Source of the DNA: Tubulanus polymorphus
Lineage: Eukaryota > Animalia > Nemertea
Direction of reading: 5' to 3'
Assembly (NCBI RefSeq): GCF_964204645.1
Contig: NC_134028.1
Location: 24,052,345 to 24,116,344 of the forward strand
Length of the DNA: 64,000 nt
Below the pieces are notes generated by a model. It had not been told where the DNA came from, did no database searches, and saw only the letters and a list, made by a program, of their open reading frames with translations. This document shows, piece after piece, positions 61,701 through 64,000 of the stretch (within the stretch, counting starts at the first letter, position 1; every line of letters begins with the position of its first letter). Position numbers and translations under genes: made by a program.

Positions 61701-64000
61701 CTTATCAGTTGCGAAACGATCGCTAAAGCCTCGTCCTAAACCGCGCCGGCTAAATAACTATCTTCTCAACCGGTCGACAGGACAGTTGTGGAAGGTGCCG
61801 TTCAGTCTTGTCGAATTGATATTTGTTTTTTTTTCGTCGCGTAAAATGATAAATGGACGAATGAACGGCACGGATCGCGAGGGCGGACAACCGGACGTTG
61901 GGTGCGTAGGTTGTAACTATGATCGATGTCTCGTACGCGACGGACAATCGCGCCGAAACTCGCACCGAAAACACGAAGCTGATTTCGCGTCTGATATCTG
62001 CCCGTTTTTCGATCGAAGCCGCGATCTCGGGTCGTCGTAGCCCGAAGGAATTCGAATGCATCTTCTTTAAACGTCGTCACACGTTACGAAAATGGCATTA
62101 ACAAATCGCGTATTATGCAAAATCAGTCGACGATGCGGCAAAAAGATTAGATTCTACGCCGAACTATTTCAGCGAACGTCCTAAGGGTGAATTATTCTAA
62201 GAAGCTTGTTCTGGTAGAATACACGGAGAAAAGAATTACAAGCCCCGCTCATACGGAGACGATTTGGACCATGAAACTGGCCCGGACCAAAGCCAGAATC
62301 AAATTTGAACTGTACCTAATTAGAGAGCGGGTTCACATGAAACCTCACTCACTCACTACTACTAAAATACTATCAAAATGATGCTGTTGCAAGTGAGTCA
62401 CTTCCAGGACTGCTAAGCATTTACACCCAAAAAATTTGATCCCAGCTAAAATTTGACATGGGCCGCTTCTCATGGTGGTCGGGCCCGATGAGGACCCATT
62501 TGTCACCAGCGTGAACAGTCGGCCCAAAAGCACGGGCCCATTTGACACCCATGTCAACAGTTGTTCCGGGCCTTAGTTGGCACAACAGGCCAAAAATACC
62601 CATGTGGTAGTTGTGGCTATTACCTGAATGGTAAAAAAAACTACATGATTTCACTGAAAATACCAAACAAATTATTGGTAATAAGCAATGATGAAAATAC
62701 CAAACAAATTAATGGCGATAAGCAATGAAAAAATTGCTGAACGGTGGAAGTTCTTCACCACGGTACACATTGAACAATGGCTGCTGCTGCTGTTGTGTTG
62801 TTTGTAAGTTACTGATCTTCTCGGATTCTCGGTGAATTCTCTTCCCGGAAGAAAATGAAGATAAATACGGCGTTGAACTTCGAGTCATTGATTTATTGAC
62901 GACGTCCCGTGACAGAATCGGACTCGCACAAATCTGATCAATCAACTAACGACACGATGACGCACTAGACAGAAAAACCTGCACAGATGATCCACCTCAC
63001 AATACGAGCTCTATCGCTGAAATCCAGAATCTAAGAATGTCAATCAATCATTGAAGTCTTAGGTCAAAATACCGTCAGTCTGGAGTATCAGTGAGGTGCG
63101 AGGTGTTACTAAAGCCGTGAGGCGATTTTGGCCCGGTTCAAACTGGCCCGGATCAGGAGTCAAATGTGCAAGGAGTGTGCTGTAGTCAAAGAGTGCGTTT
63201 ACACGTAATCCACTCACTCAATACTAAAACCATTCACTCAGTCACTAAAATGCTATCAAAACGATGCTGCCACAAGCGAAGTGAGTCACTTCAAGAACCA
63301 GTTAGCATTCACACGAAATAAGTGGACCTGTGCTAAAATTTGGCACGGGCCTGGTGCGACGTTTTGGGTCGTACCAAATTTGGCTTGCGTCGAACAGGCA
63401 CAAACCTTGGCACCAATGTAAACGGTTTGAAGCCTCGTTAGATATGCCCCTGTTATCTAAAACACTTGAATAGAAAAACCTATTGCATCCAATCACTGGG
63501 TATCATACCTAATTTCATAAACATTCGAAAAACCAATACTGCAGAATCATTTGAAATTACCTGCCATAACATCATAACAGTTTCACATCAAATCTACATT
63601 TTAGGAATCAACATACCTTTTTCGCGGGCATAGTTAATATCTGATCATCAAATATTTGCCGACAACAAAAACGCGCGACCACAAAACGAACGGCCAGCCA
63701 TTGTCAATTAATGGACCGTCACCATGGTGACCTTAATTGAAGCGAAAACAGTGGACGTGTGGGGCAAGTTAAAATCGTTGTTCGTCCCCCTTCGAGAATT
63801 CGTTAACCGATAATACAACATCGATCAGTTCATTCATCAAACCTCCCGTCGTCCGATGCAACAGTTCTTCTACTTAATCTAATCAGCGTTTACTATACCA
63901 GACGGAACTCTGTCCGCAGGGACCCAGCCGGACCGGGCCTGAAAAAATATGTTCATTATCTAAAAGCCCACAGACTTTTCCGAGTTAGGATTTTTACTGA

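Overview
Eukaryotic (animal) genomic DNA, most likely a spiralian/lophotrochozoan invertebrate. This is inferred from the FREADLRxLLG RRM variant, the AT-rich but CpG-rich introns and the many MITEs. Nearly the whole window is one multi-exon Rbfox (Fox-1/A2BP1 family) gene on the minus strand. I traced 12 GT-AG coding exons from 42680 down to the stop at 1861; they splice in frame to about 394 aa (Q/P/A-rich N-terminus, one RRM, Ala/Tyr-rich C-terminus ending [11 protein letters not shown]). At least three candidate alternative first exons/promoters lie upstream (about 47.0, 52.7 and 58.0 kb). Highlights: (1) the 93-nt RRM exon has UGCAUG Rbfox sites at the branch point, 3' splice site and inside the 5' splice site, plus a downstream stop-introducing GTAAGT donor, which looks like a self-regulatory splicing circuit; (2) the RRM lacks one codon at an exon junction (possible microexon); (3) two unrelated 72-nt symmetric cassette exons; (4) a dispersed family of minimal hammerhead-ribozyme motifs (CTGAAGA-stemII-GAAACGTY, Penelope/retrozyme type), often in divergent pairs, with a 31-bp x ~30 intronic satellite apparently amplified from one. 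Most ORFs in the supplied track are spurious. No CRISPR array, rRNA, tRNA or intact transposase/RT was seen. All coordinates were read by hand.
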